Positions 28,264-38,256 are shown, counted from the stretch's first letter. The stretch: DNA of 64,000 bases from Defluviitaleaceae bacterium (GCA_009785555.1 WQWB01000002.1:2926-66925), one strand, 5' to 3'. Notes: generated from the sequence alone by a model not told the origin. Made by a program: numbers and translations.

Positions 28264-30184
28264 GCCGACAAACGCAAACAACAACGGACGCCCAATTGGC
28301 GCCCCTGCGCAACACGGCGCACGCCCAACATCGGCCATGCAGCAAAGGCGCGGCCCCGGCGGCGGTTTTGGCGGCGGAGGCGGGCCGCTCGGCCTTGGCG
28401 CACCGCGCCAAAAACCTAAGGATTTCAAAAAAACGATGAAGAAACTCATCAAGCTGATGTCGCCTTACAGATGGCTATTTCTCCTCTGTGTTATATTCGC
28501 CGTTGGCAGCACCGTCTTCGGCATAGCTGCACCCGTTATCATGGAAGGTGCGACGGGCGAAATTATCCGCGGCTTTATGGAGGTTCAAATCGGCGGCTTC
28601 AGCATTGATTTCAGCATCGTGCTGCGCGTCATCCTTATACTAGGCGCAGTCTACATCGTCTCCGCCCTGTTTATGTTCCTCCAATCCCTTATAATGGCGG
28701 ACATGACGCAGAAAATCTCCTACTCCCTCCGTAAGGATATGTCAGCAAAAATTAGCCGCTTACCTCTTAATTATTTTGATACGAAGACTCACGGAGAGGT
28801 GCTCTCCCGCATCGTAAATGACGTTGACACTGTGGCAAACTCACTTAACCAAAGTTTGACGCAAATCGTTACCAGCGTCGTAACCGTTGTAGGTATTTTA
28901 GCGGTCATGTTCTGGATATCTTGGCAAATGACGCTCGTCGCCCTCGTAACAGTCCCTATGTCAGCAATCCTCGTTATGATCGTTATCCGCTTCTCGCAAA
29001 AGCATTTCCGCCGCCAACAGGAATACGTAGGTCACGTAAACGGCCAGGTTGAGGAGATATACGGCGGCCACGTCGTCGTCAAGGCCTTCTGCGCTGAAGA
29101 CAAGTCCGTTGGTGACTTTGACAACTACAACAATACGTTATACCAATCCGCATGGAAAGCGCAGTTCCTCTCCGGCATCATCTGGCCGGCGATGAGCCTT
29201 ATCGGCAACATCGGCTATGTCGGCGTATCCGTACTAGGCGGCGTCCTCGTTTCACGCGGGTCGCTCCGCATCGAAAACATACTCACCTTCATCCAATACA
29301 TCCGCCGCTTCAACATGCCTATCATGCAGCTTGGGCAGATTTCCAATATGCTCCAATCAACCGTCGCCGCGGCGGAGCGTGTATTTGAGTTTTTGGAGCA
29401 GGACGAACTTGCACCCGAAGCGGATGAATCTTCTTTAATCCGTGATATCAGTGTGATCCGTGGCTCCGTCTCTTTTAGTAACGTTGACTTCGGCTACGTA
29501 CCGGATACGCCGATAATTAAAAACTTTACGACGGATGTGGACGCAGGCAAGACTATAGCCATCGTCGGCCCAACCGGAGGCGGAAAGACAACAATCGTCA
29601 AGCTCCTCATGCGCTTCTACGAACTTAACGGTGGATCTATCGAAATTGACGGCATAAACATCACCAATTTCACGCGGGCGGATCTTCGTTCTATGCTGGC
29701 TATGGTTTTACAGGATACATGGCTCTTTAACGGCACGATAATGGATAACCTGCGCTACGGCAAGCTCAACGCAACCGACGTTGAAGTATACGCCGCGGCC
29801 GACGCCGCCAGGGTTGACCACTTTGTACGCGCCCTGCCAGGCGGCTACGATATGGAGCTCAACGAGGAAGCCACAAACATATCCCAAGGTCAAAAACAAC
29901 TTATCACCATCGCACGGGCGATCCTCAAGGATCCCAAAATACTTATTTTAGACGAAGCTACGTCTTCCGTCGATACACGCACGGAAGTCCTCATCCAAGA
30001 AGCAATGGTAAACCTTATGCGCGGACGAACAAGCTTTATCATCGCCCACCGGCTAAGCACCATACGCGGCGCGGACGCGATCCTAGTTGTACGCGACGGC
30101 GAAATCGTAGAGCAAGGCAGCCATGAAGCGCTCCTCGCCGCCGGCGGATATTATAAAGAACTGTACGAAAGCCAATTCGTATAA
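28256..30184 (+). CDS. ABC exporter, permease/ATPase subunit (heterodimer partner 2)
   Basis: GPTGGGKTT, ISQGQKQL, LDEATSSVD, IAHRLST. Confidence 0.93.
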   Translation: MSKPTNANNNGRPIGAPAQHGARPTSAMQQRRGPGGGFGGGGGPLGLGAPRQKPKDFKKTMKKLIKLMSPYRWLFLLCVIFAVGSTVFGIAAPVIMEGATGEIIRGFMEVQIGGFSIDFSIVLRVILILGAVYIVSALFMFLQSLIMADMTQKISYSLRKDMSAKISRLPLNYFDTKTHGEVLSRIVNDVDTVANSLNQSLTQIVTSVVTVVGILAVMFWISWQMTLVALVTVPMSAILVMIVIRFSQKHFRRQQEYVGHVNGQVEEIYGGHVVVKAFCAEDKSVGDFDNYNNTLYQSAWKAQFLSGIIWPAMSLIGNIGYVGVSVLGGVLVSRGSLRIENILTFIQYIRRFNMPIMQLGQISNMLQSTVAAAERVFEFLEQDELAPEADESSLIRDISVIRGSVSFSNVDFGYVPDTPIIKNFTTDVDAGKTIAIVGPTGGGKTTIVKLLMRFYELNGGSIEIDGINITNFTRADLRSMLAMVLQDTWLFNGTIMDNLRYGKLNATDVEVYAAADAARVDHFVRALPGGYDMELNEEATNISQGQKQLITIARAILKDPKILILDEATSSVDTRTEVLIQEAMVNLMRGRTSFIIAHRLSTIRGADAILVVRDGEIVEQGSHEALLAAGGYYKELYESQFV

Positions 30185-30230
30185 CGCGTAGGAACAGCAA
30201 TCTGCCGCATATATATCTAGAAAGGCCATT

Positions 30231-30959
30231 ATGTACATCACATTCTTGGTAATATTAGCGATTATATTCGCAGCAATCCCAATTTTGGATGCATTACCGT
30301 TAAAGAAAAACAAAGAAGCTACGAACCCCAAAGATACTCCTGTCGCTATAACGGAAAAAATGCGCTGCAAGGATTATTACAAAACAATCGCGATTTTTTG
30401 GGTACTCGTAACACCTATTCTCATAATGTGCCTTATCGGAGGCATAAGCCTCGCGGATATAGGCTTCCGTTTAATATACTTTAACCATAACATATGGTTT
30501 ACGGCCATCACCCTTATTCTGGCGTTTGTTTTATTTACCTATGAGCTCATCATTCCGCTGATAAGCAAAAAATTTAGGGAACGAATTATAAACGACAACC
30601 AAGAAGAGATGGACGAATTTCCGCGAACAAAAAAAGAGAAGATGCTGTACTCACTTGTAGCTCTAAGCTCCGCTGTTTGCGAAGAAACGGTATACCGGGG
30701 ATTTTTACTTTTCATCTTATTGGCAGTATTCCCCGGTATACCGATATTCTTAATTATTCTAATTGCGTTTGTTACGTTTGGGATAGGGCATCTCTACCAG
30801 GGGCTTATAAACGCCATAAAAATCGGATTGTTTGGTGCGCTTGCCATGAGCCTATTGATAGTTACGGACAGTATCATACTTGTGATATTATTACATTTCG
30901 GCGGAGAACTTCCATCCGCATTCTTACTTTCGGAGGACATAAATTCACGCGATACGTAG
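30231..30959 (+). CDS. CPBP (CAAX/Abi) family intramembrane protease
   Basis: CEETVYRG, FGIGHLYQG, ILLH motifs; hydrophobic. Confidence 0.88.
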   Translation: MYITFLVILAIIFAAIPILDALPLKKNKEATNPKDTPVAITEKMRCKDYYKTIAIFWVLVTPILIMCLIGGISLADIGFRLIYFNHNIWFTAITLILAFVLFTYELIIPLISKKFRERIINDNQEEMDEFPRTKKEKMLYSLVALSSAVCEETVYRGFLLFILLAVFPGIPIFLIILIAFVTFGIGHLYQGLINAIKIGLFGALAMSLLIVTDSIILVILLHFGGELPSAFLLSEDINSRDT

Positions 30960-31001
30960 GGGCGGCAAGCACTTCACTTCGCTGCTTACTTATTTGCCGT
31001 C
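30956..31001. repeat. GTAG-type REP variant overlapping the CPBP stop codon
   Basis: gtaggggcggcaa...ttgccgtc; same 5' arm as 58234. Confidence 0.6.
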
Positions 31002-31031
31002 TGTCACCACAAATATATAGAGGTATAAATC

Positions 31032-31610
31032 ATGACATTCTACCTAATAAGGCACGGTCAAGACGATGAAACAATACGCGGCGGTTGGAGCAATGCCGGC
31101 TTAAATGAAGAGGGTAAGTTGCAAGCAATAGCTTTGTCCAATTATATCGGCAAAAACCAAGATAAACTACGAATCGAAAAATTATTCTCAAGCGACTTAC
31201 CCAGAGCCGCCGAAACGGCAGCACCTATTTCTTCAGCACTAAATTTGGAAATAGGGTTTCTGCCCGAGTTTCGTGAAACGAACAACGGCCTGCTTGCCGG
31301 CATGCCAAACGCTGTCGCCGAAGAAAAATACCCCGGGCTGTTTTGGTCTGCGCTTGAATGGGACGAGCCATACCCACATGGCGAAAGCCCGCGCACCTTC
31401 TATGAACGCATTAAAACAGCGTGGGATCAGTTTTCGGCTGCAATTTTAGCCGAAAGCAAAAACGTAGCCCTCATCACCCACAGCGGCGTTATAAATGTTA
31501 TTTATACATTGATAGAAGGTACAAATTTCTCAAATAAAGCTAGAAACAATAAAATTGCACACGCAACATTAATACCAATTGAATACGACAACAAATGGAG
31601 GAGAAAATAA
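31032..31610 (+). CDS. Histidine phosphatase family protein
   Basis: LIRHGQ, SSDLPRAAETA, GES, ITHSG. Confidence 0.9.
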   Translation: MTFYLIRHGQDDETIRGGWSNAGLNEEGKLQAIALSNYIGKNQDKLRIEKLFSSDLPRAAETAAPISSALNLEIGFLPEFRETNNGLLAGMPNAVAEEKYPGLFWSALEWDEPYPHGESPRTFYERIKTAWDQFSAAILAESKNVALITHSGVINVIYTLIEGTNFSNKARNNKIAHATLIPIEYDNKWRRK

Positions 31611-31611
31611 A

Positions 31612-32538
31612 ATGTCAAAAATCGTAATCGCACTTGGGGGCAACGCCCTCGGAAACGACGCTGTTGAGCAACGCCAAAAAGCCGCAATAGCCGCCGCCGC
31701 AATCGTGGATTTGGTGGCAGCCGGGCATGAAGTATTGGTCGGCCACGGCAACGGCCCGCAGGTTGGCATGATAAAGAACGTCTTTGATGAAAGCGAAAAG
31801 GCCGGCATCGCAAAACCCATGCCTTTCCCAGAATGCACGGCCATGAGCCAAGGCTACATCGGCTTCCACCTACAAACCGCAATTGAGGCGGAACTTGGCA
31901 AACGCGGCATAAACAAGCAAGTCGCGGCACTCGTCTCCCGTGTATTGGTCGACGAAGCCGACCCAGCCTTCGCAAAACCAACGAAACCCGTTGGCGGATA
32001 CTATGACGAAGCCGCGGCCAAACATATTATGGCCGAAACTGGGCAGGTCTTTGGCGAAGATGCTGGGCGCGGCTGGCGGCGTATGGTTGCGTCACCCATG
32101 CCGATAGATATTTTGGAAAAAGATACAGTCAAAACACTCCTCTCCGCCGGGCGTATCGTTATCGCGGCTGGCGGCGGCGGTATACCTGTCGCAAACCGAA
32201 GCGGTTCCCTAACCGGCGTAGACGCAGTTGTGGACAAGGACTTCTCCGCGGCAAAATTAGCCGAACTTATCGATGCGGACGTATTCATCATCCTCACGGC
32301 GGTTGAAAAGGTCTGCATCAACTACAAAAAAGACAACGAGGAAACCCTCTCTACCCTCACAGTAGCACGTGCCAAAGAACTTGCGGCGGAAGGCCACTTC
32401 GCCCCCGGCTCCATGCTGCCTAAGGTGCAGGCCGTATGCATGTACGTGGAGACAAAACCCGGCCGCAAAGCCATCATCACGTCACTTGAGAAGGCGGCGG
32501 ACGCGCTTGCGGGTACTTCCGGCACGGTGTTTGAATAA
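31612..32538 (+). CDS. arcC: Carbamate kinase
   Basis: IVIALGGNAL, HGNGPQVG, PTKPVG, GRGWRRMVASP, GGGGIPV, DAVVDKD, GSMLPKV. Confidence 0.95.
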   Translation: MSKIVIALGGNALGNDAVEQRQKAAIAAAAIVDLVAAGHEVLVGHGNGPQVGMIKNVFDESEKAGIAKPMPFPECTAMSQGYIGFHLQTAIEAELGKRGINKQVAALVSRVLVDEADPAFAKPTKPVGGYYDEAAAKHIMAETGQVFGEDAGRGWRRMVASPMPIDILEKDTVKTLLSAGRIVIAAGGGGIPVANRSGSLTGVDAVVDKDFSAAKLAELIDADVFIILTAVEKVCINYKKDNEETLSTLTVARAKELAAEGHFAPGSMLPKVQAVCMYVETKPGRKAIITSLEKAADALAGTSGTVFE

Positions 32539-32571
32539 AGGATATCTAATATAGCAGAGAACGACGCAGAG

Positions 32572-32645
32572 CGTCATTGCGGACATAGAGCGAGTTAATT
32601 CGCAATGCCTCACCGCGGATTTACTCGCCCTTGATCCGCAATCTC
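32572..32645. repeat. CGTC-type palindromic repeat, left flank of GIY-YIG gene
   Basis: cgtcattgcgga-[hairpin]-gatccgcaatctc. Confidence 0.75.
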
Positions 32646-32664
32646 TGGGAAAGGGAATGCCATA

Positions 32665-32961
32665 ATGGACAATAACGCCTACATATATTTCATGTCAAAC
32701 AGAAGAAACAATGTTTTATACATAGGCGTTACATCTAATTTAGAAAAACGGGTATGGGAACATAAAAACAAGGTTTATCCAGAATGTTTCACCGCGAAAT
32801 ATAATTGTACGAAATTAGTTTATTTCGAGCAGGCTAATGACATACAAACCGCTGTTTCCAGGGAAAAGCAATTAAAGAATTGGAAAAGAGAGTGGAAGGA
32901 TAAATTAATCGATGAAACAAACCCTACACGTACAGATTTAAGTTTACATTGGTATGATTAG
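32665..32961 (+). CDS. Small GIY-YIG nuclease (UPF0213-like)
   Basis: YIYFM..VLYIGVTSNLEKRVWEHK..FTAKY..KLVYFE..AVSREKQLKNWKREWK..N. Confidence 0.92.
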   Translation: MDNNAYIYFMSNRRNNVLYIGVTSNLEKRVWEHKNKVYPECFTAKYNCTKLVYFEQANDIQTAVSREKQLKNWKREWKDKLIDETNPTRTDLSLHWYD

Positions 32962-32990
32962 CTTAAATCCACGGTCAGCCATGGATCATG

Positions 32991-33062
32991 GAGATTGCGT
33001 ATCCAGTTGGAGTAAGGACGCGATGAACCATGCGCCCTAACTCCAACTAGCACGCAATGACG
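32991..33062. repeat. CGTC-type palindromic repeat, right flank of GIY-YIG gene (inverted)
   Basis: gagattgcgtatc-[hairpin]-cacgcaatgacg; ends are reverse complements of the left-flank ends. Confidence 0.75.
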
Positions 33063-33096
33063 GCCAAGCGGTGCGGCAATATAAAGAGGAATGTTC

Positions 33097-33169
33097 GTAG
33101 GGGCGCACTGTGTGCGCCTAAGGTTGCGTATACCCGTTAGGCTGTTTGGCGAACGCAGTTCGCCCCTAC
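33097..33169. repeat. Inverted GTAG-REP doublet (REPIN-like)
   Basis: gtaggggcgcactgtgtgcgcc (33097) facing ggcgaacgcagttcgcccctac (33148). Confidence 0.8.
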
Positions 33170-33188
33170 GTATCGCGATGGCATATAA

Positions 33189-33233
33189 AAAGCCCGGTAT
33201 AATCAGGAGTTAACCCCTATTATGCCGGGCTTT
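33189..33233. terminator. Intrinsic terminator between convergent genes
   Basis: aaagcccggtataat...attatgccgggcttt inverted repeat. Confidence 0.7.
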
Positions 33234-33251
33234 GCTGTTTTATCTATTCTA

Positions 33252-33674
33252 CTACGGAAGAAGATTAAACCTTATTGTAAACGGCTCGCTGTCAATGCCG
33301 CTTTCCACGTGGCGCAGGATAACGTTTTCAAACACGTAGAGCCCAACAGGCACTTGTGCCCCACCGGTAACAACATGAAAAGATAACGTTCCAGTCCATA
33401 CAATATACGATAAAATCGCAAGAACATTCCCCGGAGAAGTGGAGGCCACAACCCCAATAGCTAACTCCCTTACACCATCGGGAAGCTGTAGGCCTGTTGG
33501 TACATCCAATTGGAATGGGTTTACGGGGCGAGATATATCATGCGGATTACCGTTATTAGCCAACCTCGCCACCTCATCCGCCAAAATCTGTTGCGGCGAC
33601 ACAAGCTGCGGTATTGTAAGCACAGGTTTAACCACATTATCAATAATTGGCGGCGAATAACCAATGTTTATCAT
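33252..33674 (-). CDS. Probable detached C-terminal part of the upstream SLH protein
   Basis: VARLANNGNPHD..TGLQLPDG..VPVGLYVFENVILRH.ESG..S.PFT matches the C-terminus of 35989..37065; ATG overlaps upstream TAA. Confidence 0.65.
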   Translation of the reverse strand: MINIGYSPPIIDNVVKPVLTIPQLVSPQQILADEVARLANNGNPHDISRPVNPFQLDVPTGLQLPDGVRELAIGVVASTSPGNVLAILSYIVWTGTLSFHVVTGGAQVPVGLYVFENVILRHVESGIDSEPFTIRFNLLP

Positions 33675-35854
33675 TAGCTAATATACCCAGGCGCACTGGT
33701 TGTCGCCGGCGTTAAACTAAATATTATACCACCTGTAGCCCACCACGCAGATATGGCCGGGTTGGTTATAACCCCTTCAACTATCGCCATTATGTCAGCC
33801 TGCGTCGTTTGGTTTGTAGGTGTGTATGCTTGCAACGCGGCCCATGCAGCCGTTCCAGCCTGTTGGGCCGTTTGCATGTTACCCGGCACAAAGCTGATGG
33901 TAAAATTATCCGTAAAGTCCACCCCGGGTGCTGCGCCGTTTACAACCGTTGCAACCACGGCAACCGTACCCACACCCGTTGCGGATGCAACGCCGCCAGA
34001 GACGGCCGCGCCCGGCGCCGAACTGCCCGCACCCAAGCTCCATTCAATCGTTTGGTATGTGGCATTGCCCGGCGTAACCGTACCCGCAAGGTTTACCGTT
34101 GTTGGTGGCGGCGAGGATACAGGCATCAGTGTCGTGGATGTTTTAGTAATCTCCGTAACTGGAACGAATACGCTAACTGTAAAGTCCTTCGTAAAGTCCT
34201 CCGTAGCGGATGCGCCGTTTATAACCGTTGCTCTAACGGTTACCGTACCCGTATCCGTTGCGCTAAGCACGTTATCCACAAGGGTTGATCCGGTTGCGCC
34301 CGGACTTACGATACTCCACACGATGCTTTGGCTTGACGCGTTAAGCGGCACAACATCCGCCGTAAGCGTAAGCGGCGTACCCGCTATCAAGGTTAGCGAC
34401 GATGTTTTGATGATATCCGTAACGGGCTGCATCGCGGTGATCATAAAATCTTTGTAAAAATCCATGCCTGGCGCAACCCCGTCCACAACTGTTGCGCGCA
34501 CGATTGCCGTGCCGCCAACAGATAAGCTAAGCTGGTTGCCGCCGGATATAACCGCACCCATTACACCTGCGTTTTCAACACTCCATACAATGGTTTGGTT
34601 AGTTGCGTTGCCCGGCACCACGTCAGCGGTAAGTGCAAGCGGCGTGCCGGCCGCCATCGTTGATGCGGATGTCTTTACTATCCCGGTAACCGGTTGAACC
34701 ACGGTAATCGTAAAATCCTTATAAAAATCCGTACCCCATGCAACGCCATCCACAACCGTTGCGCGCACGACTGCTGTACCGCCGGCCGCTATGCTAAGCA
34801 AATTGCCGCCGGTTACCGTTGCGCCGGTTGTGCCTTCATCTACTACGCTCCATTCAATGCCTTGGCGCGTGGCGTATGATGGCATTACCTCTGCGGAGAG
34901 AATAAGCGGGATACCTGCCACAGCATCCGTAGGCGACGTCTTTATAATCTCCGTAACGGCGATGTGGTGGTTATTATAATCAAGCAAGACAAAACCGGCA
35001 AAGATTGCCGTATCCTCCGTAATCGAGAAAGTGAACGTTTCGTTCCTAGACACTAAACCCACGCCGCTTGCCGTGGCGAACCAGGCGTCAAGCCCGTACC
35101 CGGCCGTTGGCGTTGCCCTAACCGTTACGTTTGTACCGGCTGGGAAACGATGTACCGCGGCGTTATTGCCTACGATTGCCACGTTGCCGTACCTGCCATC
35201 TTGATGCATAATGTTGCCCACGGTAAGGGTAAAATACTCTACTTCAACTTCCTCCGTCAATTGCTCCGCCATTTCCGTTGCATATTCAACTGTGCCAGTT
35301 ATATCCGCAAGTGTGTGTATAAGGCTTGCAAAAACAGCGGCCGCGTCTGCCCTTGTGGCCGCTTCGTAATCGCCCGTTTCAAGCTGCGGCAAGTCAAGCC
35401 CGCGGATGGTTATATAGCGGTTTAGGAGAAGTGCCATCTCGTACAGTGTTATCAGCCTGCCGGGCGCAAAGTTACCGCCGCCTACGCCGTATACAAGGCC
35501 TTGGCCGGCCGCCCAGCCCACCGCGCCAAAATACCATGCACCCGGAGTTACGTCGTAAAAACTCTGCGTATCAACCGTATACGCCGCAAAGTCGACCCGC
35601 TCTAAATTGCCAAGCACCTGGACGAACATCGCCCTCGTCATGCCTTTATCCGGCTCAAACGTTGTCGCAGACGTGCCGTGGAACAGCCCAGCCTCCCATA
35701 CCGCGGCTACGTGCGGGTAATACCACGCGTCCTCCGATACGTCGGTAAACGGTAATGGCGATGCCTCACTCGCAAACGCCGTTGCGCCGATGCTGCCAGC
35801 CGCCATAATAACGGCGACAACTAGGGCTAATAGCTTTTTTTGTGTACCATTCAT
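33674..35854 (-). CDS. S-layer homology (SLH) surface protein with Ig-like (Big_2-type) repeats
   Basis: Signal peptide, FTDVSEDAWYY..TRAMFV SLH motifs, four ~89-aa repeats V.P.NAT.Q.I.WS..GT..V.ATV. Confidence 0.88.
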   Translation of the reverse strand: MNGTQKKLLALVVAVIMAAGSIGATAFASEASPLPFTDVSEDAWYYPHVAAVWEAGLFHGTSATTFEPDKGMTRAMFVQVLGNLERVDFAAYTVDTQSFYDVTPGAWYFGAVGWAAGQGLVYGVGGGNFAPGRLITLYEMALLLNRYITIRGLDLPQLETGDYEAATRADAAAVFASLIHTLADITGTVEYATEMAEQLTEEVEVEYFTLTVGNIMHQDGRYGNVAIVGNNAAVHRFPAGTNVTVRATPTAGYGLDAWFATASGVGLVSRNETFTFSITEDTAIFAGFVLLDYNNHHIAVTEIIKTSPTDAVAGIPLILSAEVMPSYATRQGIEWSVVDEGTTGATVTGGNLLSIAAGGTAVVRATVVDGVAWGTDFYKDFTITVVQPVTGIVKTSASTMAAGTPLALTADVVPGNATNQTIVWSVENAGVMGAVISGGNQLSLSVGGTAIVRATVVDGVAPGMDFYKDFMITAMQPVTDIIKTSSLTLIAGTPLTLTADVVPLNASSQSIVWSIVSPGATGSTLVDNVLSATDTGTVTVRATVINGASATEDFTKDFTVSVFVPVTEITKTSTTLMPVSSPPPTTVNLAGTVTPGNATYQTIEWSLGAGSSAPGAAVSGGVASATGVGTVAVVATVVNGAAPGVDFTDNFTISFVPGNMQTAQQAGTAAWAALQAYTPTNQTTQADIMAIVEGVITNPAISAWWATGGIIFSLTPATTSAPGYIS
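33883..34963 (-). repeat. Four intragenic Ig-like domain repeats
   Basis: Recurrent VT.I.KTS...DF.KDF.I unit at ~267-nt spacing; boundaries approximate. Confidence 0.75.
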
Positions 35855-35884
35855 GTTGAAACCTCCTTGGAATTCGTATAACGT

Positions 35885-35914
35885 ATTATATCAAATATAC
35901 CAAGATGCTGTCAA
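35885..35914 (-). promoter_or_regulatory. Sigma-A promoter of the large SLH gene
   Basis: Minus strand TTGACA-18 nt-TATAAT. Confidence 0.6.
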
Positions 35915-35988
35915 ACATTTTCTTTACATTTCCTTAACATTAGTTTACATTTGTAAACTAATGCGTGCCATTGGTTATGCCACTCAAA

Positions 35989-37065
35989 TTAATTTACGAT
36001 AACATTGATCCTAAGCGTAAACGGCGCGCTGTTTGTGCCGCTTTCCGTATGGCGCAATATGACATTTGGAAATATATATAACCCTGCCGGAACGGGCTCA
36101 CCTCTCGTAATAACATTTACGAACAACATCTGTGGCTGTACAACATTAAACGGCGAAAAATTTAACGCCATTCCAGCTGTAACAAAACGTGGTATACCTG
36201 CCGATAACACCGTAAGTAAAAACTCGCCGTGAAAAGAAAGTGTTTCAACATAATTCATAAGCACTATTCCTTCAGGAAGCTCCAGCCCTGTCGAAACATT
36301 AGGGCTGAATTGGTTAGCCGGGATATTAACATCATGCGGATTGCCGTTATTGTATAATCTCGCCACAACAGCCGCCAAAGCATCCGCGGGCGCAATTTCC
36401 ACTCTAACCTCAACGTTCTCCGCTGGTATGGTTATTTGTACTTCGCCTACTTTTTCCTCCGCTTGTTCCGCTGCGATTTCTTCTGTATGTTCCACCTCTT
36501 CAGATGTAGTTACCGCCGCGCGTAATAGGCTTACAAAGACTGTGGCAGCGTCGGCTCTCGTCGCCGCGTCGTGGTTATCTGTCTCAAACCTTGGTAAACC
36601 AAGCCCACGGATGGCAATATAGCGGTTAAGCAAAAGCGTCATTTCATGGCGGGTTATCGGCCTGTCTGGTTCAAAGTTACCGCCGCCGGCGCCATATATA
36701 AATCCCTGCGCCTCAGCGAACGAAACCGCGGCAAAATACCACGAGCCAGGCAATACATCGTAAAATCTCTGTGTCGCGTCTGTATAGGCCGCTAAATCAA
36801 CTCTCTCCAAATTTGCAAGGATCTGAACGAACATCGCCCTCGTCACGTTTCCCATTGGTTCAAACGTCGTCGCAGACGTACCGCGAATAAGTTGGCTTTC
36901 CCATACCATAGCAACATGCGGGTAGTACCACGCGTCCTCCGATACATCGGTAAACGGCAGCTGCCTGGGTTGTACAGCGCTTGCAAACGCCGTTACGCCG
37001 ATACTGCCTGCCATCAAAACAATGGCTACGGCTACGGCAAAAACCTTATTTTGTGTACTCTTCAT
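35989..37065 (-). CDS. SLH-domain surface protein, tandem paralog of 33674..35854
   Basis: Very similar signal peptide and SLH region (LPFTDVSEDAWYYPHVA..TRAMFVQ..ATRADAA). Confidence 0.88.
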   Translation of the reverse strand: MKSTQNKVFAVAVAIVLMAGSIGVTAFASAVQPRQLPFTDVSEDAWYYPHVAMVWESQLIRGTSATTFEPMGNVTRAMFVQILANLERVDLAAYTDATQRFYDVLPGSWYFAAVSFAEAQGFIYGAGGGNFEPDRPITRHEMTLLLNRYIAIRGLGLPRFETDNHDAATRADAATVFVSLLRAAVTTSEEVEHTEEIAAEQAEEKVGEVQITIPAENVEVRVEIAPADALAAVVARLYNNGNPHDVNIPANQFSPNVSTGLELPEGIVLMNYVETLSFHGEFLLTVLSAGIPRFVTAGMALNFSPFNVVQPQMLFVNVITRGEPVPAGLYIFPNVILRHTESGTNSAPFTLRINVIVN

Positions 37066-37077
37066 ATTAAAACCTCC

Positions 37078-38256
37078 TTAGATTTCGCAATCCATATTTT
37101 CGCGGTATTCATCTTTAAGACCGCCCAAAACTTTCTTCAAAATAACTTGGTATTCCTTTATGCGCCCCTGTGCTTTACGCACCCGGGCAAATTCTAAATT
37201 TACGCGCGGGTTATCCTTATCTATTGATATGGCGCGGGTAACAGCCGTGTAGGCCTTGTCGTGGTCGTAATTTGCAAGATGGTACGCGGCGAGGCGTGTC
37301 CAAAGGTTTGCGTTTGATTTTTCCGTATCCAACGCCTGCTCTATGCAACGTATGGCGGCAGGCAGGTTATTGTTTTCAGCGTGAAGCTCTGCCAACTTCC
37401 TTAAAAAGCCTTTATCCTTAACCGGGGATGATTCCATTAGAAGCACAGCCGCCTCAAACCTCCGCATACGCACTAAGGCGTCTGCCAGTTTATGGGTATA
37501 ATGCGGGTTTGCGTCCACCGCCGAGGCCTGCTGGTACAACTCCGCCGCGGCGGCAAAGTCGCCGTCACGCTCCGCCAGCTCCCCGCGCAGGAAACAAACA
37601 TCCGCGCATACACCTTGCGCTTCGGCGATTCCTATATAATATCTCGCCGCCGCACCGTCGCCAGCGTACACGTATGCTTCGGCCAAATGCAGTATTATAT
37701 TTATATTATCCGGTTCCAAGCATTCCGCTCGCTTCAAATATTCGATCGCGCCAACAAAATCGCCCTGCCTCATCAGTGCAATTCCGGCGTTATTTAATAA
37801 TGCCGTACTCTCAGTATAAGTAAGCGCTTTTTTATAAAGGGCAAATGCCTTAACCGGCTCATCCCTGTTCATCAGGTAGTCGGCACGTTCCTTTAGCTTT
37901 TCCCACTCCATGCGATTTTCCCACTCAAGAAGCTCGCCGCGTATGCCTTCGGTATCCTCGAAGTCAAAATAATCCGTAATGGATAAAAATTGAATAAACC
38001 GCTCCGTAAACCCAGCAACTTTGTTAAGCTCCCTGATTTTAGACGAAATAAACGAGAGCCCGAGTCCCACCTTAACCCACTCAGCAAAATCTTCGCATGC
38101 AAAATCATCTATACTCTGCTTCCAATAATGGAAACAGTGGTACAACGCCTCCTCAAGGGAGAAGACGTTTATACCAGTGGCTTTAAATTTATACGGCAAT
38201 GCCGCATCTATGGTGGCGGCGGGGATGATTAGCATAAACATCCAAAACCCTTTCAA
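37078..38256 (-). CDS. Tetratricopeptide repeat protein
   Basis: Multiple TPR-like helices (LLNNAGIALMRQGDFVGAIEYLKRA, AAIRCIEQAL). Confidence 0.82.
   Translation of the reverse strand: MKGFWMFMLIIPAATIDAALPYKFKATGINVFSLEEALYHCFHYWKQSIDDFACEDFAEWVKVGLGLSFISSKIRELNKVAGFTERFIQFLSITDYFDFEDTEGIRGELLEWENRMEWEKLKERADYLMNRDEPVKAFALYKKALTYTESTALLNNAGIALMRQGDFVGAIEYLKRAECLEPDNINIILHLAEAYVYAGDGAAARYYIGIAEAQGVCADVCFLRGELAERDGDFAAAAELYQQASAVDANPHYTHKLADALVRMRRFEAAVLLMESSPVKDKGFLRKLAELHAENNNLPAAIRCIEQALDTEKSNANLWTRLAAYHLANYDHDKAYTAVTRAISIDKDNPRVNLEFARVRKAQGRIKEYQVILKKVLGGLKDEYRENMDCEI

Noticed and set aside
31612-32538. Carbamate kinase as dedicated carbamoyl-phosphate donor for the island carbamoyltransferase
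   Set aside because: It lies 30 kb away, outside the island, with host-like composition; nothing in the sequence links them.
37078-38256. TPR protein as partner of the Hsp70-vWA fusion
   Set aside because: It is separated by five unrelated genes, with no direct evidence of linkage.
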